Origin: Cetorhinus maximus
Lineage: Eukaryota
DNA: 64,000 nucleotides
Direction of reading: 5' to 3'
Assembly (NCBI RefSeq): GCF_964194155.1
Contig: NC_135896.1
Location: forward strand, 31,000,001 to 31,064,000
The position numbers and the translations under genes are program-made. Positions within the stretch are counted from its first letter, which is position 1, and the number at the start of each line of letters is the position of its first letter. Shown here in pieces: positions 51,160 to 64,000 of the stretch. The notes beneath the pieces are model-generated. The model saw nothing but the letters and a program-made list of their open reading frames with translations. It had not been told where the DNA came from and made no database searches.

Positions 51160-52158
51160 AGGCAGGGTCAAAAGCAGGAGAGAGCGAGCACTCCCAGTTG
51201 CCTTGAGAGAGGGATGATGGGGTGCAGGATCCTCACATGGTTGTTCGCTGCCAATCTCACTGTCGTCGCAGGCATGGTCCACGTCCTCACCAGTCAGCGT
51301 GATGGTACGCTCTTCAAAGTGAGTGAGGAGCCTAATGTGGGCCACTCCAACCACCCCACCCCCAGTCTGGGACCTCTCCTTGCTGTTGTGAGTCAGCTTC
51401 TCCTGCATGAAAACAGATGGAGAGAGTATGAGCAGGGCACATAGCACTGTGTGGAATGTTTGTGCGGTGAGTGGAGCCATAGACAGGATGAGGATGTGAG
51501 CTCCAGAGGATATGAGCTTGATGGAGATGTGAGGGTGTGTGTGAGAGTTAGTGGTGTTGTCCCTTGAGGTGTAAGATCCCTGTGGATATGTGATGGGTTT
51601 GTGAGTGTGGAAGTTGAGAGTGATGAGGTGGTTGACTTACCCTGGAGGAATGGATGAGATCATTCATCCTCTTCCTGCACTGGATGGCTGACCTCCTTTG
51701 TGCTCTGATGGTGCTGACCACCACCTTCCAGGCCGATTGGTGACTCTGGTGGACCTGCTGGGCGAGAGTTGGGTAAAGGACATAGCGGCGACCTTCCACT
51801 GTATCCAGCAGGCATCCCAGAGAGGTGTCACTAAATTTGGGGACTGGTGTTTTCTTTGCTTTTAGGGCCATCTGTTGCCTGGAGCAGTCCTGGTTTGTAG
51901 ACATGAAGTAGGCATGTGCTTTGGTGCGCTTTAAACATGATGCCTGGAGCGAGGAAGCATTGAGGCCATGGCATGGCGGACAAATCTGAGCCTGCCCGCC
52001 TGCGATCTGGAGTGTTCCCATGAATGCATAATTAATGAGACAGGACACACCAGGAATGGGATGATATGGCACAAAAACCTACCATTGTGGCCGGCAGGTA
52101 AAACAACTATTTTCATGCCTACTACTGCACTTAGCACAAATCTGGGATGATTCCGCCC
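51160..52158 (-). mobile_element. Harbinger A3-like fragment (one TIR plus Myb exons 1-2)
   Basis: TIR ggatgattccgccc ending at 52158. MALKAKKTPVPKFSD...WKVVVSTIRAQRRSAIQCRKRMNDL. Homologous to 42990-43942. Confidence 0.85.
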
Positions 52159-52159
52159 C

Positions 52160-53319
52160 AAACATTCAAAACTCTATCCTTATTGCAATTTTAAAAAATG
52201 GACTTTATGCTGAAGCAAAAAGATGGCTCCTACAATTCACCTGACCACAGGGTTGGCCCTTTGTCTGAGAACCGTCAGAGTTTCAAGAACAAAATAATTC
52301 TTTTCTTTTTCAACTTCTGGAATCTCATCTCTCATTGTACAGTCCCTTATAATCACAAAAGGCCAGGGGGCTTGCACATTAACCTCATTATGCCTAGAAA
52401 GCTAGTAACAGACTTATATTACACCTGGGACTGTCCAGAGCTCTTTAAGGGGAACCACAAGAGCATCATTTGCATTAAATAAGCTGACCTTGCTCGTGGA
52501 GTCAATGGGTCTGCCTAGACAATGGCTTCCCAAGCACCAGACCCTCAATGCAGATGGTAGCTCTTTCAACAGGGACATTATCAGCCCTGAAATAAAAGCC
52601 AATTCCAGACATAGGATAAACAACCCTTTTTGAAATTATTGTGGAGAAGCAAGGTCACATGACTCCAGTGACCGTTTTCAAATCCCTATATCCCTTTGAG
52701 TACTGAGAAATAGTCAGTCTGCTGTAACATCCAGCTGGGGAACCACCAAGAAGCAGATCCCTCCAGGCAGAAAAACAGCCTGTACATTGAAGTCTATCTC
52801 TGATGGAAGATTTCATCCCATCGCCTACACAACTAATTCAGTCTCTGTGTACCTACTTCATCTTGCAGTCAGCACCAGCTGAACAGCGAATACTACAACT
52901 CTAGTCTTCAGCCAGCTGAACTCGAACACCTATGTGAAAGAATTCCTCATTGGACTTTGACTTGGGTCTCTGGAAATCATATGAATTAGTATACATTTCT
53001 GCTGTTTTCATATGTAAAAATCATTTTTTCTATTCTCCATCCCCCCACTGACTTTACTGTGTGTGGGTGTGTGTGTTTGGAGTGGGAGGTTGCAGACCAT
53101 TTCCCCCCGGCTTTTTAAATGTACATAAACTTAACCTTCTAAGTTAACCCTAACTTGAGTTTATTGCAGGTTATTAATAAATTGGATCACAAAAACTGAG
53201 GGATTGGGAAAACACGGCACCGCATATTTAAAAAAATAATTCAAAACACTTTCTGCTTACGGACAGGTGGTAAGAGGAAATAGGAACAGTTTGCCTGTCT
53301 CTCTCTGCTGTCCGTAACA
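52160..53319 (+). mobile_element. LTR (about 1.1 kb), related to 61944-62978
   Basis: Ends gctgtccgtaACA. 53240-53319 resembles the reverse complement of 61944-62025. AATAAA at about 53176. Confidence 0.6.
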
Positions 53320-54559
53320 GTATTCAGACTCTGATTTCACCTGTGATCTCTCCCCTTTTTGCGGAGCAGGTTTTTCCATTTTCATTCCAGATCAAGCTGA
53401 TGCATATCATTTTCATCTACCCTACAGGCAACAGTCAAGGCAAACAGCAACCATACACTACCAAGCCAGCCAGACCATTCAGGCATGGTTTAACCTCAAG
53501 CAATGGAAGAAATGCATGAAACCATACCCAAACATCAATCCAACCTCCAAGCCAGCGACAAAAACAAGCAATACCAGAGCCTACCACTCTCCTGGCAGAA
53601 TGGTGAGTGAGATATGGAAGGGTTATAAGGCCTCCATACCACCTGAACCTCTAGCTTCAAAGATTTGGAGGGAGGGGATAAGGTAGTGAGAATGTTGTTA
53701 ATGCTAATACTGTAATAGCAAAATTGTTAGAATAGGATTAAGGTTGTAACAATAAGGTCAATGCACAAGACTTATAACAATGTAAGACTTGGAAATAAAC
53801 TAAAGTAACTCTATATCCACGGGATAAAGACTTGGGGAGGGGGTGTAGTAGTAGGGTCTGGTACAAAAAGGGTTACTGTGGGACAGAGTACAGTACCGGC
53901 CATACAGTGATGTAAGAAGGAACATGACCCAGATCCAGGGTCAGTCTAGAGATGAAGTAAAGACCTAGAATGGAGTCAACTTGTACCCTCTACTGTAAAT
54001 ATGTACATAGTTATGAGTTGTTAATAAAGACTATTAATATACTCAAGGCTATGAAGCCTCCTTCATGGTGTCTGGAGCAGGATTCTGCACCCACCATTGC
54101 CACTCCTCCAGTGCCTGTCAGCCCAGACTTCTGCTGTCCATGTCAAGATGCTACAATCCAAAGTCAGATGTTCTTAGGCCATAGCTGCTCCAGGTTACGC
54201 ATCAAGGCCATAAACAGCCTTCCACTAGTCATGCTGCAGCCACTGGCACAGCACTGCTGAGAAGCACAAAAAAAGGCAAAGGCACATGGAAGATGAACAC
54301 AAATGGAATGCACATGAGTGATTAGTTGGAATTTGCATGTTTGGTTTATAAACCAGGTTTAAAATGTTTGTGTTGTGGGACTTATTGGTAAATAGGAAAT
54401 CTGGGTTGTGTTTTTTGCTTTTGCAGTCGGATGAGTTAATTAAGGATAGCCTGGCAGGAAAGGGCTGTGTTGGTTGCTTCCTCCCTCCTACTTCCTCCTC
54501 CTTAACTGGTCACTGTATACCTCATGGCAAAGGTTGTTCCCTCATGATGCGTGCTGCAG

Positions 54560-55460
54560 ACCCCATCAGGAACCTTGACGCCTAATCTACTGGAGGGCTC
54601 TTCCACAGAGGAAGTGTTGTTTAAGTCTCACAATTGTCTTCACTATCTTCTGTCTTCTCATTTGGCAGCATGACTTTTGTTATAGCATGCTGCCCGTGTG
54701 TGCATGCTTGTGAGTTGCGGACTGGAGTCATGAACCATGTCATCAAAGGATAGCCCTTGTCAATTAATTGCCACCATCTGGTCTACCAAGATGGCTCAAA
54801 CGTTGAGGGTACAGTGATAGCTACAGAACAAAGGCACCACAGCTGCTGCCAGGATACTGAGCATGATACATCGTGTATAGTCACACACCAGCTGGACGTT
54901 GAGGGAGTGGAGTCCCCTTCAGTTGCAGTACATCTCAGAGTTGATATTTGTCACTCGCAAAGTAACGTCATGCAGTTACTGGCATCTTGCAACATGGGAA
55001 AGCTTGCAATCCTCATGAAGTTGCTTACTTGCTCTGCTGGTTTCTCTGGAAAGAGGGAATAAAATGTATTCCGCTGTCTTCGATCACAAAGCCTAAATCA
55101 CTTCCCTTAGTAGATGGCAAATGGGGAGATGTTGCAAATATCTCTAGCTCCAGCCTGGAGCCAAATACACTAACATTTAATAGCATGGTCACCTTCATAG
55201 CTAATGGCAATGCCATCCCCATCCTGTTCTGAGACTGCACCTGGCTGCAGCAAATGGCAAATTCCAGTGCGAACATCCTTATTGAAGTGGCGATGTCCAA
55301 TGCACTGTTTCTCACAGAGCTCAGGGAGGAGAGTTGCTCCATAAAGACCTGGGCAGATTTGGCCTCCTGCTGAGGGTACTTCTTCCTTTCTCCTCCTCCC
55401 TTTTCCAACAGCTTATCCTGTTCTCTGTCATCTCTGCTTATACTCCACGTCATGCTGTAA
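54560..55460 (-). pseudogene. Degenerate HARBI1-like transposase (family B)
   Basis: ALPLAMKVTMLLN in ORF 55025-55453. Minus-strand HSLNVQLVCD at about 54880-54910, YPGS at about 54845-54857 and DKGYPL at about 54743-54760. Confidence 0.8.
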
Positions 55461-57159
55461 TCAAAGAAGAATGCTTAGTACTGCACCCATATCCTCGAAT
55501 GCTTGAAATCCAGACAAAGTCCATCAGCACATGCTACACCATTTCCTATGTACTTTAGCAGCTTTAAAGAAGTCTAGAAATCAAGAAAACACCTACAATT
55601 ACAGTAATTGTAGAAATGAATCAGCATCTAACCTGAAAGTAGCTGATGATCCCTTTAAATAGCGATGGCGTGGCATTCCTCCTGCATGTTCAGTTGTGCA
55701 AGTTTAATAGAGGGCAGGAGCATTGAGCTCCAATTTGACAGCGCTGGATTCAAATCAGCATTACACGTTGACTACTGTCACAATCTGTCTGCTCTGCATA
55801 CTTCCAGCAGACACTCCTCGACTCCGCTAGCACCCTCACAAATACGGCATCAGAAATACGGCATCACCGCACGTGACATTTTGGAGGCAAAACACCATTC
55901 AAAGTGCAGTAAAGCCAGGTGCTAAGGAACGTAATTTTGGCCAGCCTTTTTTTTTTATACTTCTCAAAAGGTCTTATGTATGACTGTAACTGCAGAAATA
56001 GCTGAACTTTGCATGTACTCGGGAGTCACTCATCAATCCTTTAAAAAAGCAAGCATGCATTGGGAAAGTGATTCTTACAAAGAACTTGCCTTGCAAATTG
56101 AACTGAGGCTGGGTATTTACACTGATCTGATTGAACAATCGAGTTTGGCCATTGGTATCTATATTATTCTCAGTTTAATTGACACAACCTCACTCCAATA
56201 TCTGCCACCCGTAACAACGGCGTAGAACTAGATAAATGTTCAATCCTCATCAGAGCTGAGGAACATCTCCCTCCTCATATCATAGACTCCACCTATGTGG
56301 AGATCTCCTTATAACACACAAAATCTATATAACATAGGAGAATCATTCCACTCAAACCTAACACGTACACAATCCCTCAGTGAGTCTATTTCTCTCCAGA
56401 TGATCATTAACATTTCTGTCACCTACTCCGAACATACCAACTTCATTCGAACAAGGGATGAGGGGTTGGGGGTAGGTATAGAATTTGCCACTGAAAATTA
56501 GCAAAATGGATGAACACATGTTTACTGCTTTGGAGAGGGAAAGCTGATCAAGAAGGTGGATTGCAAATATATTTAAAGGGTCATATTTGGCTAAAGAAAG
56601 GTTCAAAAATAAATTTCAGTTCTTTTATATTAACAGAAGAAGCATTAGGGAATATTTACCAGAGGTAGAAATAAACACAGCTATTAAAATATTGATATCG
56701 TTGGTACCAAGGAAGAAATATAAGTCAGAGCAGTAGGTGGAGCTGGCAGGATGTGGAATATTTTGCAAAAGACCATTAAAATAGGTAGAAGATTCACACT
56801 GTGAATGAGGGATGGCATAACCGCTTTGAAAAACAGAAAAGGGGATATGGCATAAACATTACAAGTATAAACTAATAATAAAAGCAATAATGTTAAAAAT
56901 TGGAACTGTGATGCTTCGGAGATTTGAAATTACTAATGAAAACAGGCATCCTAACAGCACATCGCAGTCCACATCTGGACTGGTTGCCCTTAAATTCAAA
57001 CCAGCATGGAAATGGCTGATTCTTGACAGCTTTTCATTGTGGCTACTGCTTTTGAGCCACTCATATTCTCTCACCATCTCCACTGAGGTAGGACACAATG
57101 TAGAATGAGTCCCAATGTTTTGCGGGGTTAAACCCTTCATCTTTTGAAAAAAATACAAA

Positions 57160-57445
57160 AAATACAAAAAAGCACAGGAGAAGGACATTTGGTCCATTGA
57201 GTCTGTGCCAGCTCTTTGCAGGAGCAATTTAGCTAGTCTCAATCCCCTGCTCTTTTTCTGTAACCTGAAAACTTTTCCTCTTCAGGTGCTGGTCCAGTTT
57301 CCATTTGAAAGACATGATTGAATCTCCCACGACCACTCTTGCAGGTAGTGCAGTTGAGATTGGAACCACTCGCCGCATTAGAAAAAGGTTTTTCCTCATG
57401 TCACCTTTATTTTTTTAAACCAATCACCTTAAATCTATAATTTAG
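57160..57445 (-). mobile_element. CR1 3' fragment
   Basis: acaggagaaggacatttggtccattgagtctgtgcc...aatcaccttaaatct, homologous to 7150-7420. Confidence 0.65.
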
Positions 57446-60400
57446 ATTGTCACAGTTGTTTGCAATGGATTCATTAAATTGCATGGTTCAACACAACACT
57501 AGAATCTCAGGACAGAAGACCAACTTTCCAAGTGTGAGCATAGATTGTAGCCCAAGTTCTGTAGCCAACATTAGTGACCTGCAGTTAAATCATGCGAGAC
57601 TGTTACTGCTACAATTAGAATTTGCACCCTGTTACTCTGTAGTAGTCAATGAATTTTCTTGTTTGGGCAGCTACAGGAAGGATTTGGGGATGGGTTCTTT
57701 GTTCCATTTTGCACCTGAAAGAATTGCCATTGAATATAGGAGTGGCCGCATCTTGCATCTGCCTGCTTGTCAGAGGACACAAGCAAATCACGGGTTAGGT
57801 TGGTTAAGTTAGTGCAGAGATCAATGTGGTAAGGGTATATGGGTCTACTGTATTCTGCACATGCAGTGAGGACTGTTCATGCATTGAATAGATGGGGCGC
57901 CTAACTCAAGGTTTCATTCGTAAGTCTTGCTATCCTCGGGGAAAAGAGAATACGCAAAGTGACTTAATCGTATATCAAACAATAAACCATCGAGGAATGT
58001 TGGGTACAGCTTGGTTGCAGTTTCACAAATAATCCATTGTAAATGAAGGAATACATGTAGTTCAGAAGAAAAATTAGCCATTCAGCTATACAAATCCTTT
58101 TCTATTTATTGATTTAAAATCCATTTGTGGCTCAAAATTTCCCAATAGAATACAAATGGTAAAACTGACCAATCCTTTATCTGCTTGTCAGTGCATTGTT
58201 TTAGAAGAAATTACAGCCTCTTGTGTTACGGTGGCCTTACTTATAATCTAGTGTCTTGCTGGGCACATATTCAGTTTATTACTTGTCAGTTCTATGCCAC
58301 GATAACAGATTACTGAAGTGTAAAGTGTTTTGGGCCTGAGGGCAGATTACAAGTTTAGGATAGATCATGCTCTGTCATTTTGTGATCTTGCCCTTTGCAG
58401 AAAAGCACAGGAGTGCAGTGAGATTTTTACATTGCGTTTAGTTCTATAACGTGGAATACCATTGTACAAATTTTATTTATATAAAAGCACTTATATACTT
58501 TATATAAAAAAGACTGCCTCAGATTACCTTTAAGGCAAAGAAACAAAGGTCTTGCATTTGTACTTTTACTTCTTATTGGAAAGCATATAACGGTTTTTAT
58601 TCTCTCCTGTCCCCATTGTTTGTCATTGGGAACATAATAGACTCCATCGAGTCATTTAGGAACAGAGGAGGCCGCTCGCCCCATAGAGTCCATGTCAGCT
58701 CTCCATGGGGCAATTCAGTCAGTTCCATACCCTTTTTGGTCTCCATATCCCTGGAATATTATTTCCTTCAAGTGCCCATCCAATTTGCTTTTGAAATCAT
58801 TTGATTCTTTCTACATCCACCACCCTCATGGGCAGCGAGTTCCGGCTCATTACCACTCACTGCGTAAAAAATTTCTTTTTCACATTCTCTCTGCATGTCC
58901 TACCCAAAATCTTAAAATAAATGTCTCCTAGATCTTGTACTAAGCTAACAAGAAGAGCTTTTCCTTGTCTACCTTATCTAAGCCTGTTATAACCTTGCAC
59001 AGCTCTATCAAATCTCCCTTCAAACTCCTTTGCTCCGAAGAGAACAACTCCAGCTTCTCAGCTTAACCTTGCAATTAAAACCCCCCCATTCCTGGAACCA
59101 TTCTGATAAATCTTCTCTGCACCCTCTAAGTACCTTCACATTTTTCCTGAAGTGTGATGACCAGAACTGGATGCGATACTCTAGTTGAAGCCTAACCAGA
59201 GCTTTATATAGGTTCGGCAAACTTCCCTGCTTTCGGACTCAATGCCTCTATTTATGAAGCCCAAGATTCCATATGCTTAGCTAACTACTCTCTCAATGTC
59301 CTTCTGCCTTCAAAGATCCATGCACATGCATACCCAGGCCCCTCTGTTCTTGCACACTCTTTAGAATTGTACCATTAAGTCTATATTGCCGCTCCCCATC
59401 CCTTCTGCCAAAATACATCACCTCACATTTCTCTGTATTAAGTTTTATTTGCCATTTGTCTGCCCATTCTGATAGCCTAATTATGTCCTGTTGCAGGCAT
59501 TTCGTTTCATCCTCACTGTCTGGCACTCATTCCAAGTCCATCGGCAAATATTGAAACTTTACTCTAAATTCCATGATCCAGGTTATTTATAGAGAGCAAA
59601 CAATAGCGCTGACCCTTGGTGAACACCACTTACCTATGCCCGCCAGTCTAAAAACAACCATCTCCCAAGACTTGCTGCTTTCTGTCCTTAAAGCCAATTT
59701 ATTATCCATTGAACAGTGGCCCTCCAATTCCATAGGCCTTAGTTTTATTAACCAGCCTTTTGGAGTACCTTGTCAAATGTCTTCTTAAAATCCTTATAGA
59801 CAACATCCACTGCATTCTCTTCATTAACATTCTCTGTTGCTTCATCAAAAAATTCAACTTGATTAGTCAAGCACAATCTGTCCTTTACAAATCCATGCTG
59901 GCTCTAATTAATGAACTCAAACCTCTCCAAGTGCCTGTTGATTTTTTTTCCCTGATTAAGGGTTCCAAAACCTTACCCACCATTGATGTTAGACTAACTG
60001 GCCTATAGTTGCTAAATCTGTCCTTGCATCCCTTCTTAAATAAGGGTGTCATTTTAACCACTCTCCAATCATCTCTCCCATATCTAGGGAAGTTTGAAAA
60101 ATTAAGACATGACCTTCTGCTATCTCCACCCCTACTTCCTTAAGCAACCTGGGATGCAAGCCGTCTGGACCAAGTGACTTATCTACATTAAGCATGGCCA
60201 GCTTTTCTATTACTTCCTTGCTTTCAATTTTCACACTATCCATTGCCTCCACTATCTTCACTTCTATAGATATTTTGTCAGATTCCACTTCCTCAGTAAA
60301 CATCGATACAAATAAGTCGTTAAGTATTCACACCCTGCCCTGCACCTCTAAGTCCCCAGTAGGACTCACTCGACCTCTTACTACCCACTTACCATTTACA

Positions 60401-61095
60401 TGCTGGTAGAAGACTTTTGGGTTCCCTCTTATGTTGACTGCCATTCTATTCTCATACTCTGTCATTGCTGGTGTTATTTTCCTCCTCATCTCCCATCTCA
60501 GCCGATAGTGTTTGACCTGGTTTTCACTTGGAAAACGCACCTGACATGTCTCATATACCTTTCTTTTTTGTTTTGTCATAATCTCTTTCTCCCTCATCAT
60601 CCAAGGAGCACTGTTTTTGGCTCTCTTACCTTTTGCTCTTGTTGGAATGTAACTAGCCTGTACCTGAAGGATCGCTTCCTTAAAGATCGCCCATTGTTCC
60701 ATTAGAGTTTTTCCTATCATTCTCTGGTTCCATTTTATCCTGGCTAGATTCCCTCTCATCGCATTGAAATGAGCCCTCTTGCAATTTTTAAGTTCTAAAT
60801 TAGATTATTTCCTTGCTCTTCTTTATTACTAATCTAAATGTTATGATAGAAAAATGTTCCTCAGACACTTGACCCACTTCATTTCCCAGCACCAGATCCA
60901 GCAGTACCTCCATTTTAATTGGCCTGAGATCATACAGATCAAGGAAGTTCTCTTGACACAGTTCAGAAATTCCTCCCCTCATTATCTTTTACTCTAACAT
61001 TATCCCAATCAATATTTGGGTCATTAAAGTCCTCCAATATCACCACTCTATAGTCCTTCCGCATCTCTGTGATTTCCCTGCAGATTTGTTCCTGT

Positions 61096-61224
61096 GGGTG
61101 GGATTTTCTGGTCCAGCCAGTGGCGGGCACATCATCAGGGCCAACTGACTTTTGGCCACTCTCCAAATTTTCCCGTCCCCCATGCGACAATGTCCGCCAC
61201 TGTTGGGACTGCACAATCCCAGAC
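61096..61224. mobile_element. Small Harbinger-type MITE in CR1
   Basis: gggtgggattttc...caatcccagac. It interrupts the endonuclease frame. Confidence 0.65.
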
Positions 61225-61943
61225 ACTCTCACTATTTGGGGGCCTATAGCATACCCCAAGTAATGTGATCTTACCTTTTTTGCTCCTCAACTCTAACCAA
61301 ATGGAATCTATTTTTTGACCCCTAAAGGAAATCCTCTCTTTCCAACTACAATGCCTTCCTTAACCATGACTGCCACCCTACTCCCTTCTTTCCTTTCTCC
61401 ATCGTTTCTGAAGACTTTATATCCCGGTATATTAAGCAACCAGTCCTCATCATTTCTAGACCATGTTTCCGTTATTGCCACCTCATCATATTCCCAGACG
61501 GCCATTTGCGCATATAACTTACCAAGCTTATTCACCGCACTTTGTGCATTTATGTAAATGCATCCTGTCTTTGCATTTGCATAATCCTTCTTAGTCTACC
61601 TCTATCTAATATGGTACTACTTACTCCTCTAATAATGTCCACCACTTTCACTTTATGCACATTATTCTCCTTTTCTACTTCTATATGCCAGTGTCCATCC
61701 CGCTGCCAAATTAATTAAAATCCTCAAACTCACTGGTGAACCTCCCTGCGCAGACATTGGTCCTATTGAGGTGCAACCCGTCACTTTTAAATAGGCATCT
61801 CCTGCCCCTGAACTGGTCCAAATGCCCCAAGAATCCAAAGCCCTCCCTCCTGCACCATGCTTCAAGCTACCCATTGATCCCCTTATCTTTCTATTTCTAC
61901 TCTGACTAGCACGTGGCACTGGGTGTATTACAGAGATTACTAC

Positions 61944-62978
61944 TGTTGTGGACAGGAAGGGGATTAATTTAAACAGCCCTGATTTCTACTCTCACCAGCT
62001 GTCCGTAAACAGAAAGGTGTTTTAGATTTCTGATTTCCCCCTTTATAAATGGTGGTGTGTTTTCCCTAACCTTTCAGTTTGGAATGATCCAATCCTCTAT
62101 TAATAACCCCACAGCAAACTCGAGATTAGGTAAAAATAAGAGGGTTGGTTTATTTTTACAAAACGCAGGAAGGGGTTTTGCAACATTCACCCCTGTTTGC
62201 ACTCATACATTAAAAGAAGGATAAAAGAAAGGGGTACAGGAAATGATCATGATAAATATAAGAGTTAGGATTTCACATAAGTCCAGAGTCCAGAATATTC
62301 AAAAGTTCAATGGGGTATTCCTTCAGAGGTTAACAGGCCAAAACTGTTGCAGGGTCTTCCCAGAAACAATGACTTCCCCGATGGAAGAAGGCACATAGTG
62401 CTGAATGAGTCTTATAGGCACAGATGCAGGAGTTCTGATGTTCCAGTAGTTCACAGTATAGATGAGAGCCAGGCAATTTACCTGGACAGAGCTCTTTCTG
62501 CTGCTACCTGTTTGATGGTAAAATGGTAGACTGCCTGGGTTCAGTTGCACATGGTAATATTACAGGTTCTAGCAGCTTGGGGGATGTCATGTGACATACC
62601 TCCCACTCCTTCTCCTGGGTGTTGGACAAAGGATGTATTTTCCCAGGTCTGGAATCTTGAGGTGTTTAATGGAGGAGTCAAAGTCCCTTTTGTCCTTGCA
62701 AACATACCGTCTTTATTGGCTAGAGCTCTGCCTTAGAAATGTTAAGGGGTGTTGGTGCATTTCTTTGGAATTTGATTTTCTTCAGTCACAGGGGCATTAT
62801 CACCTCTTTAAAGATAACAAGGTCCCTGCTAGTTTCTGAAGGTTAGAAATTCCTCTGGTATGAGTCATGGCTAGTCAAGGAAAAGCCTTTGTCCATTTAA
62901 AAAAAAGATAATAATTTTGTAGACTAGCCAGGTTGGCATAGATATATATTTTTTCCTTCCTGTCTTCAGGCCGGGACA
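61944..62978 (-). mobile_element. Solo LTR (~1 kb) inserted in CR1 ORF1
   Basis: TGT...ACA termini and a perfect 4-bp TSD ctac (61940-61943 and 62979-62982). The CR1 reads continuously when it is removed. Confidence 0.8.
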
Positions 62979-64000
62979 CTACGCTTGAGGCCCTATTATT
63001 TAACTTCCTCCCTAGCTCCTGAAAATCTGACCTTAGGACCTCAATACCTGCCCTCGCTATGCCATTGCTACCCATGTGTACCACAACTTGTGGCTCATCC
63101 CCTTCCTCCTATTTTGCACCCCCTCCATATCCTGACACCAGGGAGGCAAGACACCATGCAGAACTCAATGACAGCTACAGAAATGCCTGCCTAACTATAG
63201 AATTTCCTATAGTGACTGCATCTCTATGCGTTGCTCTTTCCTCTCTTGCCCATTGGTGCCATGGTCTGGGCTGCACTCTTTCGGGGAATCGTCACTCTCG
63301 GCAGTCTCTAATACTGAGTATCTGTTTGAGAGTGACACACACCCCAAAGACTCCTGAACTTTCTGCATCTTCCTATTATTGCAGATGGCCTCCCACTTAC
63401 TATCCTGACCTCTCACTGCCTGTAGGGGTGGCCACATCCTGGAACACAAGATCCAGGAAATTCTTATCCTTCCTGATGCTCAACAGTGATAGCATTTTAG
63501 AGCTGAACTCTCCAGTTAATGTCCTCTCTTAAAATACAGTTATCTGACCATGTGTCCAGCAGCAGAAGGAGTGTCCCACAGGTTAATGCTGAATGATTTC
63601 TATGGAGCATTGCTGAGTTTGTCGAAGTGTTTGTGGTTTGTATAGTTCTGTAAAGTTGCTTAAGTCTACAGGGAGTGGTGTGGCAGGTGTTGAAGGTCTT
63701 TGTCCTGACTTCAAGGGTTCTACACAAAATACTTGCTTCCAGTCATAGGATCTCCCTTGGATTATAGCATGACATGGTGAAGTGGATTACAATTCTAACC
63801 CATTTTTGGGACTATTCCAGGTCAGGCGTACTCCCGGATGATAACTCTCACTTAAGGTTGAGAAAGGAAGGCTCATAGACATTTAAATGGGTCCGAAGAA
63901 CTGATCTAACTCTTCCTGAAGGTAAGGAGCCACCAGAGAATATTACCGTTCTCCAGATAACCTTTTAACAAGTTTTAGCCAAATTATAACAACCTGGATA

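Larger units (their letters stand above)
51070..54089 (+). mobile_element. Internally deleted LTR retrotransposon (partial 5' LTR 51070-51169; PPT and 3' LTR 53844-54089)
   Basis: Both LTRs begin tgtagtagtagggtctgg. PPT ggggaggggg precedes 53844. 5-bp TSD cccac (51065-51069 and 54090-54094). A pol-end-like GRVIRPPYHLNL* lies near 53615-53655. Confidence 0.82.
48560..55942. mobile_element. Older Harbinger element, family B, hosting nested insertions
   Basis: Myb exon near 48850-49075 on + (QALVQEVERRR...AWRTWMQYRK) and transposase remnants on -. Right end aattttggcc at about 55933-55942. The left boundary is uncertain. Confidence 0.65.
58630..63520 (-). mobile_element. Near full-length decayed CR1 LINE (ORF1 esterase plus ORF2), interrupted by a MITE and an LTR
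   Basis: ORF1: VSLSNRYSVL (63207-63449) and the SGNH-like VHMGSNGI...FQELGRKL (62875-63084). ORF2: VAITETW (61308-61535), EDFNDPNIDW, LLDLVLGNE, KSLGPDGLHPRLLKE, LSEWADKWQ and YKALVRLQLEY. Confidence 0.92.

Noticed and set aside
1-64000. Most 60-130 aa ORFs in the supplied track; a prokaryotic operon or defence system
   Set aside because: The ORFs are antisense or off-frame readings of TEs or chance ORFs. Coding density and repeat content are those of a vertebrate genome.

Overview
This is eukaryotic DNA, and I found no convincing host exon, so it is probably intronic or intergenic. The repeat content (abundant CR1 LINEs, a Deu-domain/SacSINE1-like SINE, tRNA-derived SINEs, Penelope pseudo-LTRs) points to a cartilaginous fish, which is an inference from recalled repeat families rather than a database search. 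The window is mostly nested transposable elements. (1) PIF/Harbinger DNA transposons with GGGCGGAATTTTCC-type TIRs and 3-bp TSDs: two copies with a spliced Myb/SANT-like gene facing a HARBI1-like DDE transposase, one Myb-only derivative, one fragment, one older second family and several MITEs. (2) Two long CR1 LINEs and many fragments. (3) A decayed Gypsy element with LTR, PBS, gag and integrase, a deleted two-LTR element and several solo LTRs. (4) Three Penelope-like inverted pseudo-LTR insertions, each carrying minimal type I hammerhead ribozyme motifs. One of these is a young, near-perfect palindrome of about 480 bp with a variant CUGCUGA core. All TE reading frames are disrupted. The most notable signals are the paired hammerheads, two captured-DNA junctions and a multi-level nest at 48.5-56 kb. 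I do not see evidence for a wholly new system beyond variants of known TE biology.
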